This document shows, piece by piece, positions 1 through 12,294 of a stretch of 64,000 nucleotides of DNA. The stretch comes from Amoebophrya sp. A120 (taxonomy: Eukaryota; Protista; Dinoflagellata), in NCBI GenBank assembly GCA_905178155.1, contig CAJINV010000002.1:12471621-12535620 (forward strand). Direction: 5' to 3'. Made by a program: the position numbers and the translations under genes. Numbering within the stretch: position 1 is the first letter of the stretch; each line of letters starts with the position of its first letter. The notes under the pieces are model-generated. The model was not told the origin of the DNA. It made no database searches and worked only from the letters and a program-made list of their open reading frames with translations.

Positions 1-75
1 GAAACAGCACCAGCAGGATGAGAAAGTGATACAGATACACACAAGTCGAATCAAGAAAAAAAGAACTGAACGTAC

Positions 76-1125
76 GTTCGCCACAGCCGAGGTTTTAATG
101 GACTTGACGGACTTCGCGAAGTGCAGTGTCGAAATAGTTTCCTGCACATTGTCCTCCGCCGGCGACAGAGCGGTGAGCATGATGGTTCGACTGTTTCCCG
201 CCAGCGCGTCGCGCAGGATGAAGGTCAACTTTGAGTTTCGAAAGGGCGCAGTTTTCCCTTCCCCCTTCGCCAGTGCGGCGATCACCATGGCCAACGCGGT
301 GAGCGACTTGTTGATATTCGTTGCCTCCTTCATCCGGTCGCCCGCCGCGCCGGTCTTTTTTGCGCGCTCGGAGCCCGCCAAATCGACCAAGTTCACTTTG
401 GAGGTTTTGGCCTGCCCGCCCTCCTCCTGGTCCAGCTCCAGTGCGAAGACGCAGTGCGACCGCGAACTGACCGCGTTCATCTTCGTGGCCGCCACGGACC
501 GGGTTCCGAGTCCGCGGTCCATCTGCACAAGGCACTCGTCGCTGGACGCCGTGGGGACCTCCGTGAGTCCCGGGATAAAAATCCCGAGCTTGGGGTGCTG
601 CTTCACCTCGAGCTTCGGCGGTTCGTACCCTTCCGTGCCCAGCTTGGGATCGAGCAGGTCGTGCACGATCTCGTTGTAGATTTCCAAAAAAGACACCTTC
701 GTCCCGAACTTGAACCGGCTGGGGTCTTTGTCCTTCATTAACGACTCGTACAGGTCCTCCAGCATCCGCGGCAGCAGCCCGCGGAGGTCGTCGGGGCCCC
801 CGATCACGGAGTAGGACTTGCCGGCCCCGGTCTGTCCGTAGGCGAACATGGAGACGTTCAGGCCGCTGTACAGGGTGTCCAGCATCATCCGCCCCAAATC
901 GGCCATCACGGTCTCCTGGGTGATGAACTCCCGCTGCTTGTCGTGGCTCCAGTACGCACGGTCGAACTCAAACGTCTTCTCCTGTCCGTTCTCCGTGACC
1001 ACCACGTGCCGTCCCTGGACGGTGTCGTCCGGCATGTCCACGCACAATTTGCTGTCCAGGTCCTTCTCGCGCTGGTTAAACGGCCGGCACCGGGTCACCA
1101 CCATAATATTGTTTGCGTCCGACAT
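76..1125 (-). CDS. Kinesin motor protein, kinesin-3 (KIF1/KIF13/unc-104)-like, first exon; gene continues off the window's left edge
   Basis: Hand translation from ATG at 1125: MSDANNIMVVTRCRPFNQRE...FEFDRAYWSHD...FAYGQTGAGKSYS...LEIYNE...SSRSH...LVDLAGSER...NINKSL...PFRNSKLT. GTACGT donor at 75. Not in the ORF track. Confidence 0.93.
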
Positions 1126-4100
1126 CTTCTTGTTCCGTTTCCGTGTTGGCAAAAATTTCTCGTCAAAGAGTTTGCGCCAGGTTCAAGATGCTGCGGGTCC
1201 TCGTCGTGGAGTTGTAGATCAATGATCTTTTTTCGCCGCAAAGCCAGCTTTCTCGGATTTTTTCAAGATTTCTTGCCGGAATAACGACTAATGCTCAAGA
1301 TTTTCTTTATCTTTCAACGCGAAGATAATTACCAGTTACTGTATTGATGCAGATGTTGCCAAAAGCGGGATGCGCGAGTGATGCAAACATCTTGAAGCGT
1401 TAGAAGGGGAGGAGAGTTTATTGGTTCCTGGAAACAAGTCAGAATGTGTCCGATTTTCCTTCTTGGAATGGTGCGTTAATTCGCATGCTTACTGCACAAA
1501 CGTGCACGCGTTTTCGTGATGATGTATTCTATCTTCACACGACATCATCAACCATGTAATCATAGATACTTTTCTTGTAGTTTGGACGCTTTGGCTGAAC
1601 GAGAGGAACGGGTGGTGTGTGACAGCCATCCGCTGCAGGGCGTACGATTCACCGAAGATTATCTTATGCCAACACAAGCTGTACGTCACCGAATGAACAA
1701 GTAGCGCACGACCTGTTTTTCTATAACCGAGTTCCTTGCATTTGCACAGACATCAAAGAGTTTGTTGTAAGGACGCAGCGACCCAACATGCATGGCATTT
1801 GTGGAGACCGAGAACAGCATTCGATTTCGACCGACGCTTCTGCTTGCCATTGCTAATGTAAGTATCGCTGGCGCCGCACTACAAACATCAACCTGCCACC
1901 TTTCAAAGCATGAATTAGCACGACTACCACGACCACTTCAAGACCAACGCTTTGCGCAACCAGAACCGAGTCAGTTCGATTCCCAGTTCGAACTTTGGTC
2001 GTAAGTACAGAAGTGGACTGAAGGCGCCACATCATGGAAGCCTCACGCGTCGGTGAACAAATTAGGGCCTGCCGCGTTCCACAAGTAGAATCTTGTCACC
2101 GCGAGAAACAATCGTCCGAGTTTTGCTCGCGCCCCTTCGGCGAATTGTTGTCTTTCATTTTCTGTGCTTCTTTTTTTTTTGAGGCTAAAAGCCTCGCTCA
2201 CTTGCTTTCGATTAGAATAAAAAAACATTCGTACACTTCAGGTTGTGGAGTCGAGACACAGCGATCTATCTCGAGCTTTTGTTCTTCGTGGGCACACATT
2301 CTTCGCGATCTTGATTTCTGATTATATCTGTCGCCTCTACCTAGTCAAGTCGCACGAAAAACATATGTTGGGGGCTGCTTGTTTGTGCTTCCAGTGGGAA
2401 AAACAAATTGAAGTTATGCTCTAACTCCATGTTGCGCTGCGCAACACGCAAAGCATGGCAACACTATGTCTACTACTTCCTACATCCATCTGGCGAGACC
2501 GTGATGTCGCACCATGAGAACGACCCTGCCGGGCACTCTCTAGTCGTTCCTTTCCGTACTAAAGTAGCTACAAGTACAAGCGCACGAGCCACACAATTTC
2601 TGGTTGTTAGGTCAGACGGAGAGGAAGTGAGAGACACAGAAAAGTTTGGAAAAATTAGGTCTGTGATACACAAACTAGGAAAAACCAGGATATGGATCAT
2701 GTGGCGCACCGTCCAGAATACGCTGGACTTCCGAGAGAAAACAAGGTTCATTTCCCAACGGCGAGCGAGCCCTCTGTTCCTCTCCAAGAGTCGCTTCGCC
2801 TCCGCAGTCCTAGAAAGATGAGGAGCACCAGAGCCAGTGCCAGAACATGAACGGAAATAGAAAAATGAACGAAATCCATCAGGATTTTCGCTTCATCTTG
2901 TCCACTATTTTCTATTTCAATTTCCGTTTCTCTTCTTGCTCAAGAAACAAACAAAAACCATACCAAACGACACCATGCGTCACCGCTAGTATGGTCATGC
3001 TGAGAATGTCGCTATTGTAAATGTGAAAATTTAGTAACGCTTAGATGAAATAGAACGGAAACGTTGTCGTTTTGGGTACACCCATGAAAAAAATCGCCAA
3101 GTCATAATCCATCTGTAATATCCATTAAGTTTTCTACCCTACGAAACAATATCAAGTACGTGCCACTTTTGGGCCAAGTTGCCAAAATGGAAGTTCCATT
3201 TGATGCTGCAAATCGCAACTGAAAAACTCAAAGCCTTCTATTTCATCGCCTGACCTCTTCTGCTTCACAAGCAGTGGGTCACTGTTTAAAAGGTTCAATA
3301 TTACGCGTTTGTCAGATGAAGATGTCTTCAGCATCGTATACAAGAAGAATAATTGATGTGAATCATAAACATAAGTAATCGTCGTCAATTATTGGGTTCG
3401 GTGCTCGCCCAAAGACGCTTCAAATGAACGTCTTCGCATTCGTTTTTTCTTTTCGGGTACATACATTTTCATTTTCACGAACCCAAATTTTTCAAATGTA
3501 TTACTAGGTCGAACTTTTTGATTTGATGATGGTATACAATCAATCTCCACGAATAGACAACTGGAGAACCAGGAAATAACAACCTAGAATTACGATTAGC
3601 TTCTTTGAATTTCAATTTCTCATTGATTTGTCAATAGCGAAAAAGGAAAAGCAACATCATCAGAAACCCATGTTTTGAGTTTTAGATTTGAAGATTCATG
3701 TGTACAAGTGTCATAACGGAGCAGAGATAAACTGAGATTTACCTCTTGTTGAAAAGAGAGTTGTATAAGCAAAAACTATAGGTCGCTATCAATCACGGAC
3801 AGCACAGTGTGCTGCTGCTGACGCGCTTCGTATCTGATTACTGGGTAACGAGGATCGGCAAAAACGAAGCCGTCCGTGTCCGACTTGTTATTTCATCTAC
3901 AATATCATCGCTTTTCTTTGTGAAGTAGTACTTAGGTTTGTGTGAAAGATATGTCAAATGCGATTGCGAGAGAGTTCTTGTAGAGATAGTGAAAACAGAT
4001 AACCATTCAAACAGCAGATGTGTCTACCGTCCTTGTTTCGGCTCTGAGCATGCGCCGGGGGAAAGATGGAAAGGGTTCCTAGTTCCGCTTCAAAGAAATT

Positions 4101-4468
4101 CCACTGTCAAAAATCTTGCTTCGGATGTGGGATCGACAGCATCGTGCAGGCACGTTGGTGTCAGACACGGACACACCTGGCAAGTTTTTCCAGTTCAACA
4201 TCGCCATCGGTTTTCGATTATGCTGCGAAGGGGGTGACCTCTGTCCGTTGAGCACGATGGTGAAGGTGGCGTGGATCATGTGGAGAAAAAATTACTACGT
4301 AAGTACGTTCCAGGGGGCAAGGGAGAGGACTCAATGAGTTCTGGCACAATTCAATCTTGCAAGAAAACTAACATCGAAGACGTTGTTGGCTCTCAGAAAG
4401 GGACGTATGGGAAACATCCACGGAAGTGAGTAAATCTTCTTGCGGACGCTGCGCATCAACTTCCGAAT

Positions 4469-5574
4469 TTATCTCCGATAGCTCGACGCCGGTACGTTTG
4501 GAAAGGATTCAAAGGGCTCCGCCGGATGTTTCCATAGCACTGAGAAAGGGAGGAACTCCATGTCATCCGTAAACCGCATCTTCAGTTCCGGCTTGAAGTA
4601 TCTGAAAGTCAAAATGAAAATTTACTAGAAAGATATAGTAGCTTGAGAGACCTACCTCATAGATGTATGAGTCAAAGCAATACGCATTGACAGCAGCTGC
4701 TGCAACAGCATCGGAAAAGCGAAATCGATTCCGACAAACATGGCACGAGGCAAAAGCGGAGTGAAGTTAGATAATCAATTGCTAAATACCCTAGCTGGTG
4801 CCACTGCAGCATTTCCTCGAGTTCGAAGGGCCCTTGCACGTTTCCTTTCGGGTCCACATACTGCCATCCGTTGGTCGGACAGGGTCGGTTGTCCCGCAGA
4901 GGGCCCGGCCCGCCTTTCCCGGCGTCCTTTCCGCCGTTCGGCATTCCGTAGTGTCCCATGTTTGGTGGGTGATGCGGGAACGGCGGGGCGCCCGGGTGGT
5001 GCGCGAAGTGGGGTGGATACTGTCCGGGGGGAACGCCGCCCGCTCCCGGGTAACCCGGCGCTCCCGCGCCGTAGCCGTTGTACGGGGGTCCTGGCGGCGG
5101 GCCCGGGATCATACCGTGTGGGTAGGAAGGCGGCGGCGCGCCGGGGTAGTTGGGATAGCCCTTCATCGGGGGGCCACCCGGCATGCCCGGGTAGGGCCCG
5201 TTCATGGTTGGTGGCGGGCCTCGAGCGTTCGGTGCAAACTGGCTCGGCGGCGCACCTGGGGGTCCTTTCGATGCTCCGGGGGGCTGCGCCGTTGGTGGAC
5301 CACCCGCGCCCACTGTGCGCAATGGTATGCTCGAATTCTTTGGATCGTTCGCTGCCTGCTGCTGGGCCATCGCCGCTGTGGTTGGCGGCTGGTGCGAGGG
5401 TGGTGGTGGCAGGCCGGTACTGCTATTCTGCTGCTTCCCGCCATTCTCGGTTGCTGCCAAGGCACCTCCCTTACTTGACGAAGAGGAGGTGGCCGGTTGC
5501 CCGGGCTTTCCATTTGCTGTTTCGGCACCCGAAAAACCCTTTGCGCCCGCTTTGTTCTGCAGTTTGCTGTTCAT
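4469..5574 (-). CDS. Pro/Gly-rich region plus C-terminal GYF domain; own gene or 3' exons of the eIF2A gene
   Basis: WQYVDPKGNVQGPFELEEMLQWHQLG joined across a GT-AG intron (4602-4789) to YFKPELKMRF gives the GYF signature; stop TAA at 4469-4471. Confidence 0.85.
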
Positions 5575-5744
5575 TTTTCGTATTTTCCAAATCTTCTTCC
5601 AATCGATTCGTGTGCACGCGGCCGTGAAGCTCAAAACCATGTTACATCACGAATGTAGAGCCCAATTTGACTAGTATCTACCTCAACAGAGAGCAATCGC
5701 GCGGTCAGAGCCAATAAAAAATCACGGTCTCGAAATCAAAGTAC

Positions 5745-8700
5745 CTATCGCCCCTTTCGTCGTCGCTCTGTGGTCTGGAGTTCGAAGGCGTCTTCTCCGG
5801 ATCCACTCCGTTCTGTGACCTTCTTGCCGGAGGAACTGTAGAAATTTGTGGAACATTCATTGTGTACATTTTCATCAAGTCAGGTGGTGGTAGAGATGAG
5901 CTTATACACTTTGCGACACAACAAAAAGGACGAGCGCTCCTAGCCCAATAAAACAAGAGCAACCGAATACCGTCAGCGCCACCATTTGCCGGCTGCTCTG
6001 CTGATGTTGAAGTGGTTGCAGAATCTCCTGCACCAGTCTTGTTGGCCTTCTCCTCCTTTTTCTTTCCGCTTGGAACGGCCTGTCCTCGAATCCATGCCTT
6101 GTCAGTACGCCCACTGGGCTCACTACTCGAGTTACCCGACTCCTCCTTGCCACTAGCGACGCCGGTGGCGCCCCCGCTGCTACCGTCCTGCTCCTGCTTC
6201 GCCGCGTCTTTAATATTGCCCGCCTTCGCGCCACTTGCTGCGAGCAGTGCCTTCTTGCCGTCAGGGCTCTTCTTGTCGGGACTATTGCTCCTCGGGGAAC
6301 TCTATCAAATGCAAAAATGTCTGGGTCTGGAAGAATTCATGTTTGTCATGCTTGTCTGGCATGACTCTTCTATCTGTCATGCACGTTACCCAAGAGCTCC
6401 GCTTTTCTGTGATGCAGAAGCGCAGTTTGTCATGCGGAATAGGCAACACCTAGGAGCTCAGAAACGTGTCATGCTGAGCCAGCATCTGTAGCCTCATCAT
6501 GAGACGCCACCCAGCATCACAAGTTTCCAGACCCAGACATTTTTACTTTTGATAAACTCGCGTCTCCGGTCTGCCCAAGCATGAAAGCCTTGATACTGTT
6601 ATTCGCCGGCTCGCCCCGTGCATGGGGCGGTCGGTACGCGGCCTATCCCGTGTAAAAACGTCCCCACCCCAGAGTCAAGATGGGGATTTTGCAACACAAA
6701 CCTAGACCTTTTCCGAGTCACGCATGACAAGTTGCAGGCTGTACTGTAGTGCAGTTTAGCAAGGGAAGCAGCATAAGAAATCCGTCTCCTTATCCTGTTT
6801 ACAGCATTACAAGTTGCAAAACACGATGGGCAATGCCTCTCATGGGGATGCGCATTACAAATGCTCTTGTGCTTGCAAATCTGCATGACAACACTGGGGT
6901 GGGGATGTTTTTACATAGGATACGGCCTTTTTGGGCTTTTCTTCTGTAGTCTTTGAACACGCAGCAGCTGCCTTCTTGATGTCCTGCCTCTGCGGTCCTT
7001 CGAAGTGGCTCCCCTTGCAGTCGTGCGGACGGATGCCGACCTGAGGTGAACATGCAGATGAAGAGTGGGGATATCGTAAATGTGCGCCATATTCCAACCA
7101 ACGCATCAAGAAAAATACAGGTACTAGATATTCATGTCCCAGTCTCAGAAGCAAAAGATCATAGCATATTAGTATTACGTGTAGAGCTCAGAGGTAAAAG
7201 AAAAGCATGAAAACTCTGTACCTCGTAAAGTTCTTCAAACGGCTCTGTGTGTCGCCCGGCTCCAGTCAAGCAGTTCCAAATTGTGAAACCATTTCCGACG
7301 CGCATCCTTGGCGCAAGCACGGCAGTGATGATATGTATGCCATCCGCACTCCATTCGACCTGTTGATGTTTGATGTCGTCGGCTAATCCAAAAACACACT
7401 AGTTGTAGAAACACGAGAATGCGCAGAACTTCCGGTAGTTCCGGGAGCGTCTACAACTCTACGTGTAAGTACGTACAGATAAAAAAATTGAAATAATCAA
7501 TGCCTCGCATCACAAAATAATTATCTTCCCAACATTGGAAGTGAGAAAGAAAAACGCTACCGAAACAGTGCAGTTGGCCTGGGATGTCGCCATTTTCTCG
7601 AGTTTGTCGGTATCGGTTTTTCCAAAGAAATCCAACTCCCCCGCTAAGTTTCCAAAACCGCCGATGAGGCAGACGGAGCCAAATTTGTTCCATTTCACAC
7701 TATTTCTGTGCGCCTTGTCCGCGAGAATGGTGAGGCATTTTGCCTGCTTTGTTAACCGGTCGTACTTCCACAAGCTGACATTTGCGGGCTGAAATCCCCG
7801 AATCAGGACAAAAAGGTCTTCTGCCGGCGACCAGGACACCGCTTGAATGGGTTGGTATCTGAGATTGTGTAGGAAAATTCAAGATTTATTTCGTAGTTGC
7901 AACAGCAGCAGTACTTTGCTTTGACTTCCAGTGTTCATCTTTCAAGTGGTACATGACAACCAGAATCTCACCAAGCGTACCAAGTAGTTAAAAGTATTAA
8001 TGCATTTCAAGTTGAGTTGATACTTCCCATCCGCGTCTTTATTGAGCTCCTGGACTTCTGCATCTGGGTCGTTCGGGAGCAGTAACAAACGTGTGGAGCC
8101 GTAGTAGCTCACCCCCGTTTCGTCTACTTCGGTCTCCACTAGGGCGAGCAAAGCGTCGCCACTTGCGCTCCACTGGAGATCTGCGGACTCTCCGCTGGCG
8201 GACTCTGCACGCTTGGATAATACGAGCTTTGTCGACCCGGCAGCCTTCGTGCAGTCGTATATCCGTATCTCGGCGGGAGACGACACCCGCTGCATCTCGT
8301 TTCGCCCGTCAGACACAAACAGGGCGAGTTGCAGCCCGGCGTTTTTCGGAGTGGCCGCGGTTTTTGCACTCGCGGGAGCCCACTGGGCCACCAAATTTGC
8401 GCGCTCCTCCCGAATCTCGAATAAAGGCGTCGCATTCAAATCATGACCGGGGAGGAGGTGAAGGACGGACTCCCGACAATTTTTCTCCGGCGGAAGTATC
8501 TGTGGTGTAGCGAAATTGAGAATCTTCTGGTTTATTGTTATTCTTTGACGCTCAACATCTACCAAAAAATTAAGCAAAGCTGCATACTCTGTATCAAATC
8601 GAAAAAATGTGCATGATATTGTGCAATAATCATTTCTTGATAGTACCCTAGCGCAGACAGATTCATCCGGAGCCCAAAGGAGAGGGCAGGCTTTCTTGCT

Positions 8701-9259
8701 GCTCCCGTCACCCTTGGGGACACTGAACTGCGCTTCGATCTTCAGAGTTTCTGCGTTCCAAACGAGCAGGTTCGGTGGTGCCGTTTCGCCTTTCTCGACC
8801 TTCTCTGGCGGGTTTTGAGTCACCAAAAACCTGTAATTTCGTTGTTTTTTGCACTTTTAGAGAAACGCTTTCTCCTACTTTGTGGGAAGCCGAAGCGGTA
8901 AGCATACTTACATACACATAGCACAGCAAGAAATGGCAGCAGTCAATGTGAAAATACTTTGATGATGGCGACCACCAGATGTGCTGGGTGTTCGTGGAAC
9001 TGCCCTGCAGAATTTGCACGGTTGGCTTGCCCTTTCGGAGACCGATGATCACCACGCCCTTGACGGTATCGCCGACCGCGAGACATTGCGAATCGGGAGA
9101 CCAGGAGGCGGACTTGGGGATGTGCGGAAGCTTCGCGAGCTCTTTCGGGTTCAGCTTCTCCTGGTTGGCGACGCTGGCCTTGCCGAGAGTGAGGATCTTC
9201 AGGTTCTGACTGGTTCGCACAAAAAAGGCGAGGGCCGAAGCCTCCACATCCATCGGCAT
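5745..9259 (-). CDS. eIF2A: Eukaryotic translation initiation factor 2A (beta-propeller), multi-exon, interrupted by two TIR elements
   Basis: Motifs VDETGVSYYG, GFQPA, IGGFGNLAGELDFF, APRMRVGNGF and AYRPPHARG. The last is in frame only after removing the 6644-6922 element plus one TSD. Start and 3' end are approximate. Confidence 0.88.
6303..6554. mobile_element. Introner/MITE-like element, family A copy 1 (252 bp), in an eIF2A exon
   Basis: 30-bp TIR TATCAAATGCAAAAATGTCTGGGTCTGGAA (2 mismatches); TSD AACTC at 6298-6302 and 6555-6559; removing 257 nt gives in-frame ...GDASSPRSNSPDK... Confidence 0.93.
6644..6922. mobile_element. Introner/MITE-like element, family B copy 1 (279 bp), in an eIF2A exon
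   Basis: About 32-bp TIR TATCCCGTGTAAAAACGTCCCCACCCCAGAGT; TSD CGGCC at 6639-6643 and 6923-6927; removing 284 nt gives KPKKAAYRPPHARG. Confidence 0.93.
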
Positions 9260-11517
9260 TCTGCACTTTCGCGGTCTCAACAAACTAGGAGAAGTCCGAA
9301 GCTCGTCTCGCTGTAGAAGGATGGGTCAAATACTTCTCCGACGATTGCTGCTGGTCCACGTCTACGTCCTCAAACAGCTGGAACAAGCGGAGCTGCTGTA
9401 GTATTTCTTCTGTGGCCCGACTAGTTGTACACCTGTGCGTCCTTCTATTGTCGTTTCTTCGCACACGTCAATCGATGTCGCTACCACCACTGCACCCGCC
9501 GGATCGGCCGCTTGATATCGTGGGCAGTGAGGACCGAGCGACGCAACAAAAGTTGTTGTTGGTTACGGTATGAATGCAGCTATTCTAGCAGTAGCCAAAA
9601 CCGCAAACCGCTTGAGTTACGCACGGGTAGAAATTTCGTTTGAAACAAAGCGTCTGTTTCTTGTTCCCGCCTTTCAAAAATGAAAGATAGATGAATATTA
9701 TTCTTAGTTGCTCACCACGAGGCACATTGGAATATTTGTTCCTGGGTTGCCCAAAATCGTCACTGCTAAAGGCGGAGCACTGACGAGCTACAAGTTGGAC
9801 AGCGGCGAAACTTTTTTTATATTCTGATTGTAGTCGATTGGCAACGTTTTTTCTACTAATTTTGGCGTCTTCGGTATGGTTTGCATACGCAACCACTATT
9901 AGAGAAACTTCTCAGAGCTGCCAATGTTGATTGTATACAACAGGATATCACAGTAGCAAGCAGCCACGGCTTCGGCTCCGGCTGCGTGAGAAGCTATAAG
10001 GATATCGCTATGAGGCCAAGAAGGAAAGAACCCAGGTGGCGGCGCTACGGTACACTAATTTAGGCTAGGATAAGATAACCAAGCTAACTATGTGTTCTTG
10101 AGGTTGTTCTAAATATCCACCCTGTGATTGCGAGACGGCTATTGTTTTAGGTAGAAGCAAGTAGAATCTGTACGGAAGTCGTTCTTCTTCTGCTTGCTAA
10201 GGTAGGATCTTCATGAAAAAATACAGAGGTTTAAATTGTAGTACTTTGTGGTCGTTAGATCTGAGAAGAAGCTTTCCAGCATGGAACTAGCGTTGCGTCC
10301 GAGCAGTACCGCGTACTTGCTGGGTGGGTGAGTCCCGTAGTGCTCGGTCTGCTTGGTGCTCGGACGTTCTGCCTTGCGCCAGAAACAAGGGAACGGAGAA
10401 GTGCAACTCTCTGTTTGTCCTCTTCTATCTAATCGTCCACAGCAGTTCTAGGAACGACTACAACTTCAGTATTTTGTTTTTCTGGAGTTGATGTTTTCCT
10501 TTTGTTATGCGGCTCTACTTCGATGGTGAAAGACTTCTGATTCCAAAAATCCAAGACCAAGAGCTTCGTTTACTACGCGAAGAACTCTGACAAACTGCGA
10601 CAATACCGTCTGTAGAGCCCACCACCAATGGTAGTCGAGGTGATGTACGGGACACAAGAAGCTACAACAATACCAATGATCGCACAAAGCTCTACAAAAA
10701 AATGTCAGCCGTTTGTTGATCTTAATAATATCTCGGCCTTTTTCTTTTTCAAGAGAATACCTATAAACAATACTGAAACAATACCAAGGAGATATTTTCA
10801 ACAACGTAGTAGATACAACAACTTTTTCTATGCGTTAGAATAGTACGTGGTCGGCTCGTTCTGATTTTTCAAAGTAAAATCTGATACATCAACGAACTTC
10901 GACGGACATTAAGTACACTTTCCGCTAAGCTATTGGTATCAGTATTAGTGCGGTGCTGGCGAACCTGGAAAAAAAAAACTAAAGGAAGCATTGAAGTTTC
11001 AACATTCTGTTTCTCGACCGTAGCTTGTTTGTGATCATTTTTCATTGATTGACCAGCAAGATTTCGAATTCATTGCAGTAATGCAGCAGCGCAAGCGCCA
11101 GCGCATCCCGATCCTCTTCATTTTCAACATGTGCAATTTTTCTGGATTTCATCGTCTTCGTCGGTCGGAGCGGATCTCAAATTTTCATCTACTTCATTTT
11201 CAGGTTTTGGGTCATTGGAATTTGTCTTCTAGTTGATTCATTAATTTGAACGTCGGCGTACTAAGGTCTCACTCAGCCGTCTCCGTTTCGCAGATACAAT
11301 CAAGGTCGTAATCGTATGAAGATCGCGCCCGGAGGGCGATATTGGTAACCAAATGCGTGCGCGAAAATCTAACCAGCGCGAAAGCCAAACCAGCCGCGCG
11401 GCGAGAGCGCGGCCCGCGGCCCGCAGGGCCCTAAAGGGCCGCGGACAGCTACTGTCGCCCGCGGCGGCCCGCAGGCTCCTGCGATAAGCATTGAAGGCGA
11501 TATCCGGTCTGCTATTT

Positions 11518-11691
11518 CGCAGCGGGGCATCTTTTCTAGCCCCCTGCATGACAAACTGGCCACCTGGCCCGGAAGGTATGTGGCCAAGGGGGGCTAGCCC
11601 CCCCCGGACCCCCCCCCTCCACCTCCGCAGCGGGCCATCCTTTCTAGCCCCCTGCATGACAAACTGGCCACCTGGCCCGGAAGGTATGTGG
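11518..11691. repeat. 66-bp direct repeat, two copies 108 bp apart
   Basis: CGCAGCGGG..TTCTAGCCCCCTGCATGACAAACTGGCCACCTGGCCCGGAAGGTATGTGG at 11518-11583 and 11626-11691, 2 mismatches. Confidence 0.92.
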
Positions 11692-11967
11692 AAAGCCGAA
11701 AATCCGGAAACCCTTCCGAGCAACCAAATTCGGGCATTTCAGACGCGGCGGAGGTGCCGAATTTGTGCCCACAACCCAGACCAAATGCGGACTTTGGGAC
11801 ATGCCTCCGCCCGCTTCTAGTCCGACTTTTTTTCCCAAATCGCGATGGTATGGCGCAAGCGCGCGCCCGCCGGACCGCCCTTGGTGGCCAGTTTCTAAGC
11901 CTGCCGAGGGTTCTCGACTTTCGCCTATTTTTGCTTTTTTTTCAAGTTTCTAGGTGGCCGAAGGGCT

Positions 11968-12294
11968 CTGCACATTTTCACCGCCCACAGATGACTGGCA
12001 GTTTTCAAGCCTGCGGAGGGATTGCGCTTTTGCGCAATTTTTCATCTTTTTTCATTTTCCAAGTGGCCCGGGCGATCTGCACATTTTCACCGCCCGCATC
12101 TGACTGGCAGTTTTGAAGCCTGCGGAGGGATTGCGCTTTTGCGCAATTTTTCATCTTTTTTCATTTTCCAAGTGGCCCGGGCGATCTGCACATTTTCACC
12201 GCCCGCATCTGACTGGCAGTTTTGAAGCCTGCGGAGGGATTGCGTTTTTGCGCAATTTTTCATCTTTTTTCATTTTCCAAGTGGCCCGGGTGAT
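11968..12294. repeat. 109-bp tandem repeat, 3 near-identical units plus a degenerate unit upstream
   Basis: CTGCACATTTTCACCGCCC starts at 11968, 12077 and 12186; units are T-tract rich. Confidence 0.93.

Noticed and set aside
1126-4468. Short ORFs in the 3.3-kb intergenic gap (similarly 9300-11340)
   Set aside because: No homology motifs, AT-rich and no consistent exon chain; no tRNA or rRNA recognised by eye.
6644-6927. Element terminus plus TSD gives GTATCCT, similar to the U12 5' splice site
   Set aside because: The matching 3' end would be CC, and the pattern is not consistent across the six copies; only the 23533 copy allows AT...AC.
8592-8642. TATCAAATCGAAAAAATGT...TTGATA inside an eIF2A GT-AG intron, resembling a family A terminus
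   Set aside because: No extended TIR and no 5-bp TSD; could be a decayed relic but is not distinguishable from AT-rich chance.
11968-12294. Regularly spaced repeats as a CRISPR array
   Set aside because: Units repeat in full with no unique spacers; eukaryotic context; no cas genes.
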